Shown piece by piece: positions 20,632-29,254 of a stretch of 64,000 nt of DNA. The notes under the pieces are model-generated. The model made no database searches. It was not told the origin of the DNA and saw only the letters and a program-made list of their open reading frames with translations. The DNA comes from a virus. Its lineage: Duplodnaviria > Caudoviricetes. A program made the translations under genes and the position numbers. The stretch spans positions 64,001-128,000 of the IMG/VR virus record IMGVR_UViG_3300028797_000101; one strand, written 5' to 3'. The stretch's first letter is position 1; each line of letters starts with the position of its first letter.

Positions 20632-21372
20632 ATGAAAGCGATAGTATTGAATTCAGGCGGTATGGACAGCTCAACGCTAGTCGGCGTGGCTGTTGAAAAA
20701 TATGGCAAAGAAAATGTAGTAACTGCAAGCTTGTTTTACGGACAGAAGCATTTCAAGGAGTTAGAGTGTGCTAAAAAGATTGCAGAATACTACGGAGTAC
20801 GTCACATTGAGGAGGATGTGTCATGCGTAATGAAGTATGCAGGCGATGTTTGCTCTCTCATTCAGGGCTCTAAAGACGAAATCATAGACAAAAGTTATGC
20901 TGATCAGATCGCAGAGAACGGAGAAGGCAGAGTCAACAGTTATGTACCCTTCCGGAATGGTCTCTTTTTATCAATCGCTGCGGCTTATGCAGATAGCTTG
21001 TTTCCAGGAGAGCCTTCCGAAGTATGGTACGGGGCTCACACGGACGACGCCGCAGGAAATGCGTATGCAGATTGCTCCTCAGAATTTGCAGAAGCTATGA
21101 ACAAAGCAATAAATATCGGCACATACGGAAACATAAATGTAGTGAGACCTCTCATCAACATGAACAAGGCCGATGTGTGTAGAGAAGGACTTAAGTTAAA
21201 TGTTCCTTATCACCTCACCACATCTTGCTATCATGGTAGAGAGAAGGCTTGTGGAAAGTGTGGAACATGTTTAGATCGCATTGAAGCATTTCGTGCAAAC
21301 GGTGTGATTGACCCTGTTGAGTATGAATCTGCTGTCGATTGGACAGGATGCAAGCCGGTTGAGATTCAGTAA
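20632..21372 (+). CDS. queC: 7-cyano-7-deazaguanine synthase
   Basis: SGGMDS PP-loop, YGQKH, YVPFRN, SCY...CGKCGTC. Confidence 0.95.
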   Translation: MKAIVLNSGGMDSSTLVGVAVEKYGKENVVTASLFYGQKHFKELECAKKIAEYYGVRHIEEDVSCVMKYAGDVCSLIQGSKDEIIDKSYADQIAENGEGRVNSYVPFRNGLFLSIAAAYADSLFPGEPSEVWYGAHTDDAAGNAYADCSSEFAEAMNKAINIGTYGNINVVRPLINMNKADVCREGLKLNVPYHLTTSCYHGREKACGKCGTCLDRIEAFRANGVIDPVEYESAVDWTGCKPVEIQ

Positions 21373-21385
21373 AGGAGAACATAGT

Positions 21386-21817
21386 ATGGCTACAGAAGTA
21401 GAAACTTATTTTTCATTCGAGGCAGCTCATAGGCTGTATGATGTTGACACGTATTCTGAGGAGTGCCGAAATAATCTTCATGGGCACTCTTATGTAGTTA
21501 AAGTAGTAGTGTCTAGTCGGAGCCTCAACAATGCGGGAATGGTGATTGACTTCAAGCTTCTTAAGAAGATTCTCAAGGAGACTATTGAGGACAAGTATGA
21601 TCATTCTTGTATTCTTCGTTCCTGTGATCCACTTGCAGAGGTTGTAAAGGCTAATTGTAAGAAGGTTCACATTGTAGAAGATAATCCTACTGCCGAGTGG
21701 ATGGCTAAGAAATTTTTCATGGATATCTTGTTTGCTCTTTCTTCCATGGAGTATATTACTGTTGAAAAAGTTTCTGTTCAGGAGACAGAACATAACATTG
21801 CTACGTTCATGGGGTGA
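21386..21817 (+). CDS. queD: 6-carboxytetrahydropterin synthase
   Basis: FEAAHRL, C..LHGHSY, GMVIDF, DH, NPTAE, ET. Confidence 0.93.
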   Translation: MATEVETYFSFEAAHRLYDVDTYSEECRNNLHGHSYVVKVVVSSRSLNNAGMVIDFKLLKKILKETIEDKYDHSCILRSCDPLAEVVKANCKKVHIVEDNPTAEWMAKKFFMDILFALSSMEYITVEKVSVQETEHNIATFMG

Positions 21818-21821
21818 TAAG

Positions 21822-22457
21822 ATGAAAATAACAGAAATTTTCAAAAGTATTTCAGGTGAATCTATACAGGCCGGATATCCGGCAACATTCATAAGAACAC
21901 ATGGATGTTTGCTAAGATGCAGCTATTGCGATTCGATGTATGCTGTAGAAGGCGATGGCTACGGGAACATGTCAATCGCTGAGATATTAGAGACAGTGCT
22001 GAAGCTAAACTGCAAGCGAATTGTGTTAACTGGTGGTGAGCCGCTCATTCAGCATGATGCATTTGATCTTGTTCAAGAACTTCTTGCTTATGGATGTTCT
22101 GTAGAGATTGAAACATGCGGCGCAGTAGATATTTCAAAGTATATTTTACCTGGCGTAATTGTTACCATGGACTGGAAATCTATAAGCAGCGGAATGAATG
22201 GCAGAATGCTGCCAAGCAACTTGAGTAAGCTTCGAGATACAGATGTACTTAAGTTTGTAGTTTCTACCGAGGATGATCTAGAAGACATGGCTAAAGTATC
22301 AACACAAACTAAAGCACAGTGCTTCGTCAGTCCGATATTTGGGAAAATTGACCCGCAGGAGATTGTCATGTATCTTATCCAGAATGATCTCAACAACATT
22401 CGGATTCAATTACAGCTACATAAAATAATTTGGGATCCAAACAGAAAAGGAGTGTAA
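21822..22457 (+). CDS. queE: 7-carboxy-7-deazaguanine synthase (radical SAM)
   Basis: [37 protein letters not shown]. Confidence 0.93.
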   Translation: MKITEIFKSISGESIQAGYPATFIRTHGCLLRCSYCDSMYAVEGDGYGNMSIAEILETVLKLNCKRIVLTGGEPLIQHDAFDLVQELLAYGCSVEIETCGAVDISKYILPGVIVTMDWKSISSGMNGRMLPSNLSKLRDTDVLKFVVSTEDDLEDMAKVSTQTKAQCFVSPIFGKIDPQEIVMYLIQNDLNNIRIQLQLHKIIWDPNRKGV

Positions 22458-22458
22458 C

Positions 22459-23034
22459 ATGAAGAATATAGACAGCAAGAAGATCGAAGAGCTTACAAGA
22501 GAGTTTCTCATAGCTCTCGGAGATGATCCAGATCGCGAAGGGTTGAAGAAAACACCCTACAGAGTAGGTAAGATGTGTCAAGAGATTTTTGAAGGAATGC
22601 AGTATACTAATGAAAATATTGCGAAGATGTTCAACACCTGTTTTGAAGATGTAGCGACTGGCGATTTAGTTGTAGAGTGTCACATTCCTATTCACAGCTT
22701 CTGCGAGCATCATTTGATGCTAATGTACGAAGTAGATGTAGCTATCGGCTACATTCCTAATGGCCGTGTCATTGGTCTCAGTAAACTCGCAAGGATTGCA
22801 GACATGGTAGGCAAAAGACTTCAGCTTCAGGAGAGAATTGGTTCTGACATTGCCGATATTTTACAAATGGTTCTGAATACAGAAGACATCATTGTAGTTA
22901 TCGAGGGTAAACACGGCTGCATGACAGCAAGGGGCATCAAAGCTAGAGAAGCTGTAACGCGTACCGCTACACTTAGAGGTAGATTTAACACAGATTCTGA
23001 TCTGAGGGCGGAGTTCTATTCTTTAATAAAGTAG
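22459..23034 (+). CDS. folE: GTP cyclohydrolase I
   Basis: [32 protein letters not shown]. Confidence 0.96.
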   Translation: MKNIDSKKIEELTREFLIALGDDPDREGLKKTPYRVGKMCQEIFEGMQYTNENIAKMFNTCFEDVATGDLVVECHIPIHSFCEHHLMLMYEVDVAIGYIPNGRVIGLSKLARIADMVGKRLQLQERIGSDIADILQMVLNTEDIIVVIEGKHGCMTARGIKAREAVTRTATLRGRFNTDSDLRAEFYSLIK

Positions 23035-23058
23035 TGCTTCGTTATAGCATATGATACT

Positions 23059-23122
23059 AGTCATGGTTCAGTGAACCTCACCTAATCCCATGACTCAAAA
23101 TAATGAAAAACCAAAAAGGAGG
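23059..23122 (+). promoter_or_regulatory. candidate preQ1 class I-like riboswitch
   Basis: stem AGTCATGG/CCATGACT; loop starts TTCA, ends ATC and holds CCTC; A-rich tail runs into AGGAGG; directly upstream of the queuosine precursor transporter. Confidence 0.5.
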
Positions 23123-23132
23123 AACTTAGAAC

Positions 23133-23855
23133 ATGAATTCTAAGAAAACAAGTCTTGTAGCGGACTATAAAATGCTACTCAGAAACGTACCTGCCCTTGT
23201 AACTGTCACATTTGTTGTCGGTACGCTTGCGATGAACTTAGCTGCCGCTAAGGTGATCTTCAATTTCGGCATCGTTGCCGGAACAGGCGGAATAATTCTG
23301 TCATGGCTTCCTTTCTTATGCATGGACACAGTGTCTAAGCATTTCGGAGCTAGGGCATCAATACTTCTTAACATCTTATCGTCGGCATTCAACATCTTAG
23401 TAACTATCTTTCTTGCAATCGTCGCAGCAATTCCTACTGAGCAAGATTATTCTGCGTTCAATACTTCATTTAGCGCAGTATGGTTTATTGTAGTAGCATC
23501 TAATGTCGCATTCATTCTTTCGGGAGTAGTAAACTCACTTCTTAATGTATCTGTTGGCAAATTGTTTAAAAATAAAACCAGCGGAGCTGAGTTCTTTACA
23601 AGGAGTGCGATTTCGACATTTGTCGGACAGGTAGTTGATAATTTCTTATTCATGTGGCTTCTTTATACTGTCTTCGCACCTATTTTCTGGGGCATGGAGC
23701 CTATGTCTGCTTTAACCTGTCTTGGAACTGGAATTCTTGGCGGCTTGCTAGAACTTGTATGTGAATTGATTCTTACACCCTTCGGCTACAAGATCATCAA
23801 GAACTGGGAACGCGATGGCGTAGGTCAAGAGTACATTGATGCACATAATGCGTAA
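23133..23855 (+). CDS. VUT/YhhQ (QueT-like) queuosine precursor transporter
   Basis: multi-TM; MNLAAAK, D.VS..FG, RS.IST.VGQ.VDN..F; follows the que operon. Confidence 0.8.
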   Translation: MNSKKTSLVADYKMLLRNVPALVTVTFVVGTLAMNLAAAKVIFNFGIVAGTGGIILSWLPFLCMDTVSKHFGARASILLNILSSAFNILVTIFLAIVAAIPTEQDYSAFNTSFSAVWFIVVASNVAFILSGVVNSLLNVSVGKLFKNKTSGAEFFTRSAISTFVGQVVDNFLFMWLLYTVFAPIFWGMEPMSALTCLGTGILGGLLELVCELILTPFGYKIIKNWERDGVGQEYIDAHNA

Positions 23856-23881
23856 GATTTTGAGATAATATAGACACGATT

Positions 23882-23918
23882 ACAACCCAGGAGCAACTAA
23901 AAGCTTCTGGGTTGTTTA
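23882..23918 (+). terminator. intrinsic terminator
   Basis: ACAACCCAGGAGC / GCTTCTGGGTTGT then TT. Confidence 0.7.
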
Positions 23919-23990
23919 CTGGTTCGTTATAGTTATCACAACCTTAAATACTATCAGTAGTAACACAATATCTGAATAAAGGAGGTTTAT

Positions 23991-24380
23991 GTGATGATAG
24001 AAATTGACTTCAGTCAGCCCTGTCCTAAGAAGTATGTCGACATCGTTCAGTATGGTGATGGCGATATGATAGACGATGAGGACATCGGCCTGATCGATGT
24101 AACCGGAGTAGATCCTGAAGAATATGCTCTGGAAGACGAAGGTGATCTGTATTATTTTCTTGTATCCAAGTTTGATGACGCATCTTGGAAGCAGCTTATC
24201 GATGCTATCATAGCAGCTACAGATTATTATGATCTGTATGCAAACATTGGTATCGACAATAACATACGAGAAGCTTTGAACCTTGGTCACACAGGCGCAG
24301 TAGTTATCACAGCAGTAGGTGATAACAGAGAAACCGGTGAAACGGAAGATTTCCAGATTGCATACTTCGCGTTAGAGTAA
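23991..24380 (+). CDS. acidic hypothetical protein
   Basis: AAGGAGG RBS. Confidence 0.7.
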   Translation: MMIEIDFSQPCPKKYVDIVQYGDGDMIDDEDIGLIDVTGVDPEEYALEDEGDLYYFLVSKFDDASWKQLIDAIIAATDYYDLYANIGIDNNIREALNLGHTGAVVITAVGDNRETGETEDFQIAYFALE

Positions 24381-24388
24381 ATTATCAA

Positions 24389-24427
24389 ATAGAGCATATC
24401 TCAGTACATAGGTATGCTCTATCTTTA
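24389..24427 (+). terminator. intrinsic terminator
   Basis: ATAGAGCATATCT / AGGTATGCTCTAT then CTTT. Confidence 0.6.
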
Positions 24428-24466
24428 TGGTTGAATCGTTATATACTACAGTAAGGAGGTATTCAG

Positions 24467-25993
24467 ATGAATATAAACAACTATAAGGGTCTAGAAACAC
24501 TATCTGCTCTAGAGTTAGGCGAAAAGGTAAATTTCAAAGAAATTTCACCTGTAGAGGTAATCGAATATTTTAGAGCACGAGTAGAATCTAGAAACCCCTC
24601 TATCAATGCATTTGTGTATACAAAGTTTGATGAAGCACTGAAAGAAGCCGAAGAACTAGAGAAGATGATACTCGCAGGAGATCATTTCAAGCCTCTGGCA
24701 GGTGTACCAATTGGGTTGAAAGACTTCTTGCCCACCAAGAAAGGATGGACAGCGTCACATGGCGGAGTGCCAAGTTTAATAACTGTCGATGATTGCGATT
24801 CTGAGTTCTACAAAGCTGCAAAGAGCTTAGGTGCAATCGCCATTGGGAAGACTAATGCACCTTCTTTCGGATTCCGCGGTGTATGCGATAACAAGATGTA
24901 TGGACCTACCTCAACTCCATTCAATGTAAAATACAATTCTGGCGGGTCGTCTGGTGGTTCTGCATCAGCAGTAGGTGATGGACTTGCACTTGCGTGTGAA
25001 GGAGGAGATGCTGGCGGATCTACTAGAATTCCGTCTGCTTGGTGTGGATGCTTTGGGTTCAAACCGTCTGCCGGAATTGTTCCAAGTGTATGTAGGCCTG
25101 ATGCTTGGGCCGCAACACACCCGTATTGCTGTTCTGGCCCAATCACGAAAACTGTATCAGATGCCGCAGCTATTCTCAGAAAGATGATAAGATTCGATTT
25201 ACGCGACCCTCTCAGTGTTCCAGTACCCGCAAATCTTCTGAGTATATGCGCCGACCTTGTAACACACCTGAACAAGCCGCTAGAAGGCGTTAGGATCGGT
25301 GTAACTAAGACATTCGATATTTTTCCTAATCCGGATGATCCTGTTTCATCTGCCATTGATGAAGCTGCAAAACTGCTTAAAGATCTGGGCGCAGAAATCG
25401 TTGAGACGAAATTCGATTTCGGATGTGATCGGGAATACATAGAAAACATGTGGTTACGAAGCATCAGTATCGATACTGCACTTGATTTTGAATGCAACAG
25501 AATTGCTACAGGAGAAGACATGCTTGAGAAGTTGCAAGATGAGCTTCCGATTAAGATGATGGTATGGACTAGAATAGCATTCTCATCGACTATGATGGAT
25601 TACAGGAAGTTTCATGAAATCCGAACAAAGATACTGGATGAGCATTTCAAGAACTTTGAAAAATGCGATATCTTACTAGCTCCGGTTACCGGTTGTTTAC
25701 CAGTTCTGAATAAAAATACAGATGCTGAGGGCCTTGTTGCAGGACCTTCTTTCATAGGCGGAGAGAAAGTTGATCCCTTCATCGGTTTTGGATACACCTA
25801 TCTTGAAAACTTGACTGGATTTCCGGCTGCATCTGTACCATTCAAGATAGATTCAGCTAACAATCTTCCTGTAGGTATCCAGTTAATCGGCAGAAGATAC
25901 ATGGACGATGAAGTTATCAATGTGGCCAGATGTATTGAATACGTTCACCCTTGGAGAGATTTCTACAAGATTCCTTTTGGTAGATCGTTATAA
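24467..25993 (+). CDS. amidase signature family protein (GatA-like fold)
   Basis: PLAGVPIGLKD, GKTN, GGSSGGSA, DAGGSTRIPSAWCG..GFKPS, LPVGIQLIG; Lys-cisSer-Ser triad present. Confidence 0.9.
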   Translation: MNINNYKGLETLSALELGEKVNFKEISPVEVIEYFRARVESRNPSINAFVYTKFDEALKEAEELEKMILAGDHFKPLAGVPIGLKDFLPTKKGWTASHGGVPSLITVDDCDSEFYKAAKSLGAIAIGKTNAPSFGFRGVCDNKMYGPTSTPFNVKYNSGGSSGGSASAVGDGLALACEGGDAGGSTRIPSAWCGCFGFKPSAGIVPSVCRPDAWAATHPYCCSGPITKTVSDAAAILRKMIRFDLRDPLSVPVPANLLSICADLVTHLNKPLEGVRIGVTKTFDIFPNPDDPVSSAIDEAAKLLKDLGAEIVETKFDFGCDREYIENMWLRSISIDTALDFECNRIATGEDMLEKLQDELPIKMMVWTRIAFSSTMMDYRKFHEIRTKILDEHFKNFEKCDILLAPVTGCLPVLNKNTDAEGLVAGPSFIGGEKVDPFIGFGYTYLENLTGFPAASVPFKIDSANNLPVGIQLIGRRYMDDEVINVARCIEYVHPWRDFYKIPFGRSL

Positions 25994-26058
25994 GTAGTGT
26001 AAACAACCTTACATACAAGAGAAGTAACAGTTGAAAAGTTTTAAGAAAGCGTGATAAT

Positions 26059-26376
26059 ATGATAATAACAGCATCGTTCAACAAATCTCAGTTTCAGAAA
26101 AACTTAATACGTGTTAAATCTTCTAACATGTGGGGATACGCAGCGGATGTGAAAGATCCTAAGTCCAAGGTGTGTGATGTTTACATCCAATTCAAAGGAA
26201 GAAATGGTGGACCTGATGATGTCTACATCTACTATGACGTACCTTTGATCGTTTATAGACGTATGCACACAGCTCCATCAAAGGGCCATTACTTCTATCA
26301 GTACATTCGTAATAATTACATGTACCGGAAACTGACGGGTGATAAGAGGACGAAACTTAAAAATGGAATAAATTGA
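26059..26376 (+). CDS. KTSC domain protein
   Basis: VKSSN...Y...IQF...YIYYDVP...APSKGHYFYQYIR. Confidence 0.8.
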   Translation: MIITASFNKSQFQKNLIRVKSSNMWGYAADVKDPKSKVCDVYIQFKGRNGGPDDVYIYYDVPLIVYRRMHTAPSKGHYFYQYIRNNYMYRKLTGDKRTKLKNGIN

Positions 26377-26537
26377 GATCGTTATATACATTAGAAATGA
26401 AACATACGGCGAGGCACAGAAGGTTTCACAGAGATGCAAAGAGAAGCTGCTACTGAGATCAGGGCGGAGATAATGACGAGGAAGTTAAGTCTTTGTAGAA
26501 CAATCTTTTCTTCAGTGCCGGAACTCCTTTCTTTAAT

Positions 26538-26672
26538 GTAGATGTAAGGTGACGGAACTCATGGTAAACGTGGCGATGGAGGTAATTGGCTAACTACCAT
26601 CCCTGAACAGGTTCGAAACCGCTTACCTTTTAGTAAAAGGATTGTAGGTTCAAGTCCTACTCTTACATCTAC
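26538..26672 (+). ncRNA. tRNA-like RNA with the anticodon domain replaced by a 72-nt insert
   Basis: acceptor TGTAAGG/TCTTACA extended by GTAGA/TCTAC; D arm ACG..GGTAAA..CGT; T arm GTAGG-TTCAAGT-CCTAC. Confidence 0.65.
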
Positions 26673-26675
26673 TAC

Positions 26676-26748
26676 GCTCTTGTAGCACAATTGGCAGTGC
26701 AGCTGATTTGTAATCAGCAGGTTGGGGGTTCGAGTCCCTCCAGGAGCT
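26676..26748 (+). tRNA. tRNA-Thr(TGT)
   Basis: cloverleaf; anticodon arm GCTGA-TTTGTAA-TCAGC; TTCGAGT T loop; no encoded CCA. Confidence 0.92.
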
Positions 26749-26869
26749 TTGAAAGCTGATATATCCTATCGGACTCAACAATGGGGATGGCGTAGATAAC
26801 TCCGCAGAACCGCGCTTCAGCTTTCTCCCCTCTAAACTCCGCATCATCTATACAAAGGAGGTTGAACTC

Positions 26870-27064
26870 ATGCAAGTTAAGATCGCCTGGAAAACACTCG
26901 ACAATGTACAGCTTAAAACATTCAAGGACGAGTTCGCTTGTATTGAGTGGTGCCGTAGGAACGCAACAAACATCATGAGCATCAACGGTGTGCTTACAGG
27001 CAGGAACAACTTATCACATTTTGATGTTAAAGATTGTTTAGAGAGCAAGTTTTTCGACTATTAG
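26870..27064 (+). CDS. small hypothetical protein
   Basis: AAGGAGG RBS. Confidence 0.65.
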   Translation: MQVKIAWKTLDNVQLKTFKDEFACIEWCRRNATNIMSINGVLTGRNNLSHFDVKDCLESKFFDY

Positions 27065-27079
27065 ATTTTAATATATTTT

Positions 27080-27152
27080 CGGGATGTGGTGCAGTTGGTA
27101 GCATGCGTGATTTGGGATCACGAGGTCGTGGGTTCGAGTCCCGTCATTCCGA
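27080..27152 (+). tRNA. tRNA-Pro(TGG)
   Basis: CGGGATG/CATTCCG acceptor; CGTGA-TTTGGGA-TCACG. Confidence 0.92.
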
Positions 27153-27583
27153 TTTACAAACCAGAGAAGGAGATGGTATACATGAAATACGCAAGAAAAT
27201 GTATTTGTCATGGGGCAGCAACCAAGAGAATTGGCAAACTTGATCTCTGCAATGATTGCGCAAAACGTGTCCATAGAAAGAAAAGTAAATATGTGTTGAC
27301 TGATGTTCATGTATTCACTATTCCTCCCAGTCTGAAAATATACAGAGATATCATCATCAATGTGTACTGATATCAATGTGCCAATTATTCTGCAGAAGTG
27401 AGGTAGAATCATGAAAGGATCTAAAAGACATCGTTGGTTCAAAGAAGGTGTTCATGCAAGCAGAAAATACATGAAGCATGTCATGAATCGCAGAGTTAGA
27501 CACATGAATAACATCTCTAGCGGATGCAGTTACAAGCGAATACTTAAGGAAGGAGAGTTCTGCAGAGTGGATTAAATGTATAC

Positions 27584-27656
27584 TGGAGGCTACCCAAGCG
27601 GTTATGGGGCGGGCCTTATAAGCCCGTTGCGTCGAGTTCGACTCTCGAGCCTCCAA
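27584..27656 (+). tRNA. tRNA-Ile(TAT)
   Basis: TGGAGGC/GCCTCCA acceptor; CGGGC-CTTATAA-GCCCG; TCGAG-TTCGACT-CTCGA. Confidence 0.85.
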
Positions 27657-27694
27657 TTTTCTACTAGGTTGTTGAATTAAGGAGGAAACAAAAC

Positions 27695-27946
27695 ATGATG
27701 AATGATCTCAAGGACACTATTGAGTTGATGCAGAGCGAGGATTACAAAGATCGCTTCAGGGCTGAGTATTATCAGACTAAGATCCGGTACAACAAGCTGC
27801 ATACACTTCTTCTTCAGTTGGACGCCGGAACTGCAAAAATTACACCGAAGTGTCCCAAAGATCTGCTTAAAAGACAATGTGCTGACATGGGTTCGTATCT
27901 GTGTGCTCTGGAAGTTAGAGCTGAAATCGAAGAAATCGATCTGTAG
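27695..27946 (+). CDS. small phage protein (crAss001_48-like)
   Basis: DYKDRFRAEYYQTKIRY.KL...LL..Q...M..YL..LE.RA pattern. Confidence 0.6.
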   Translation: MMNDLKDTIELMQSEDYKDRFRAEYYQTKIRYNKLHTLLLQLDAGTAKITPKCPKDLLKRQCADMGSYLCALEVRAEIEEIDL

Positions 27947-27963
27947 AAATGAGAGGCGATTTG

Positions 27964-28863
27964 ATGAAAGTCAAAACGTGGCGTGATCCTTATAATTCCG
28001 GATTTTCTGTAACACGCCCTAGAGAAATAGAATTTCATGAAGGATTGACCGTGCTTGTAGGATGCAATGGCGCAGGAAAATCTACATTACTACAAAATAT
28101 AAAAGAGCATTGCAAACATCAAAATTTACCTTGCTTCTTTTATGATAATTTACATTCTGGGGGCAGCCATGCACTACAAGAAGCAATGTATTCTGACTTA
28201 ACATCATTTGTTTCACTTTTATCATCTTCTGAAGGAGAAGCTATCAGAGAAAATCTTGCAGAGAAAAGCAGCTACTTTCTGCATTTTATTCAAACAGGCC
28301 TAATAAATGACCGACATAATAACTTCTTAAGAGCTATGAAGGCATTATCAGGTGAACCTAATACTGAAGTAGATAGCGATGTACGAGTATTTCTGTTTGA
28401 TGCTATAGATAGCGGAATGTCGGTAGACGCTGTTGTAGAAGTAAAAGAGATGTTCAAGCAGATTGAAGAGGATTGCAAGAAAGAAAACAAAAAAGTCTAC
28501 ATTCTGATTTCTGCAAATGAATACGAATTGGCTAGAGAGTGTGATTGCTTCGATGTAAACACCGGCAAGTATCTTAGATTTTCTGACTACATGGATTACA
28601 GAGAGTTTATCTGCAAGTCTAGAGTACGAAAAGAGAAACGATACGCTGATCAAAAGATATGGATCGAGAAGCAGAAAGAAAAAGAGCTAGCAAAGTATCG
28701 TAAGCTTCTACAAGCTACTAAAGAGAAAAGAGATAAGCTCTTAGCTTCCAAACATCCTGATCGTTGGGAGCTTAGAGACCTCGAAGACGAACCTAAAGAA
28801 TTCTTACGGTCAGCTAGATTCATATCTGAAGAAGACGTAGCATTCATAGAAAATTCCACATGA
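27964..28863 (+). CDS. stand-alone ABC-type ATPase
   Basis: GLTVLVGCNGAGKSTLL, SSSEGE signature, FLFDAIDSGMS Walker B/D-loop. Confidence 0.8.
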   Translation: MKVKTWRDPYNSGFSVTRPREIEFHEGLTVLVGCNGAGKSTLLQNIKEHCKHQNLPCFFYDNLHSGGSHALQEAMYSDLTSFVSLLSSSEGEAIRENLAEKSSYFLHFIQTGLINDRHNNFLRAMKALSGEPNTEVDSDVRVFLFDAIDSGMSVDAVVEVKEMFKQIEEDCKKENKKVYILISANEYELARECDCFDVNTGKYLRFSDYMDYREFICKSRVRKEKRYADQKIWIEKQKEKELAKYRKLLQATKEKRDKLLASKHPDRWELRDLEDEPKEFLRSARFISEEDVAFIENST

Positions 28864-29131
28864 ATACACAGGAGTAGAAATCTCCTTGTAAAACTCGTTA
28901 GCATAGACGATAGGTGTGATACGGTAAATGCTTTGACAGACAAGATTCTGGTGACTTTGGTAGTGGGAAAAGAAAACTACCACATGTCTCTTGTAAGCGT
29001 AGACATTAAATAAAACTTTCTGATCATCTAATGATGAGGGCATGGCATCCTATGAGTGCACACCTGAAAAGGTTTAGGATGGGAAAAGAGAGTCCATGTA
29101 GAGCGGTGGTATCGTCTCATTAGATTTATTG

Positions 29132-29250
29132 TAAGCAGAATCTCGACTACGAGAAACTGTGTAATGGGCTGTTGGCGAGCCCTCAAAGAATAAGGCTCTC
29201 GTAGCAACCTTCTTTGGAATCCCAGTGGCTTTAGCCGCTGGGAGTGTCAA
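29132..29250 (+). mobile_element. IS200/IS605-type right end / tnpB 3' remnant (omegaRNA scaffold)
   Basis: GAATCCCAGTGGCTTTAGCCGCTGGGAGTGTCAA terminal hairpin ending TCAA; upstream frame KQNLDYEKLCNGLLASPQRIRLS* resembles a TnpB C-terminal tail. Confidence 0.65.
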
Positions 29251-29254
29251 ATAC

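Noticed and set aside
24467-25993. Calling the amidase gatA
   Set aside because: No gatB/gatC nearby, and family motifs alone do not distinguish GatA from other amidase-signature enzymes
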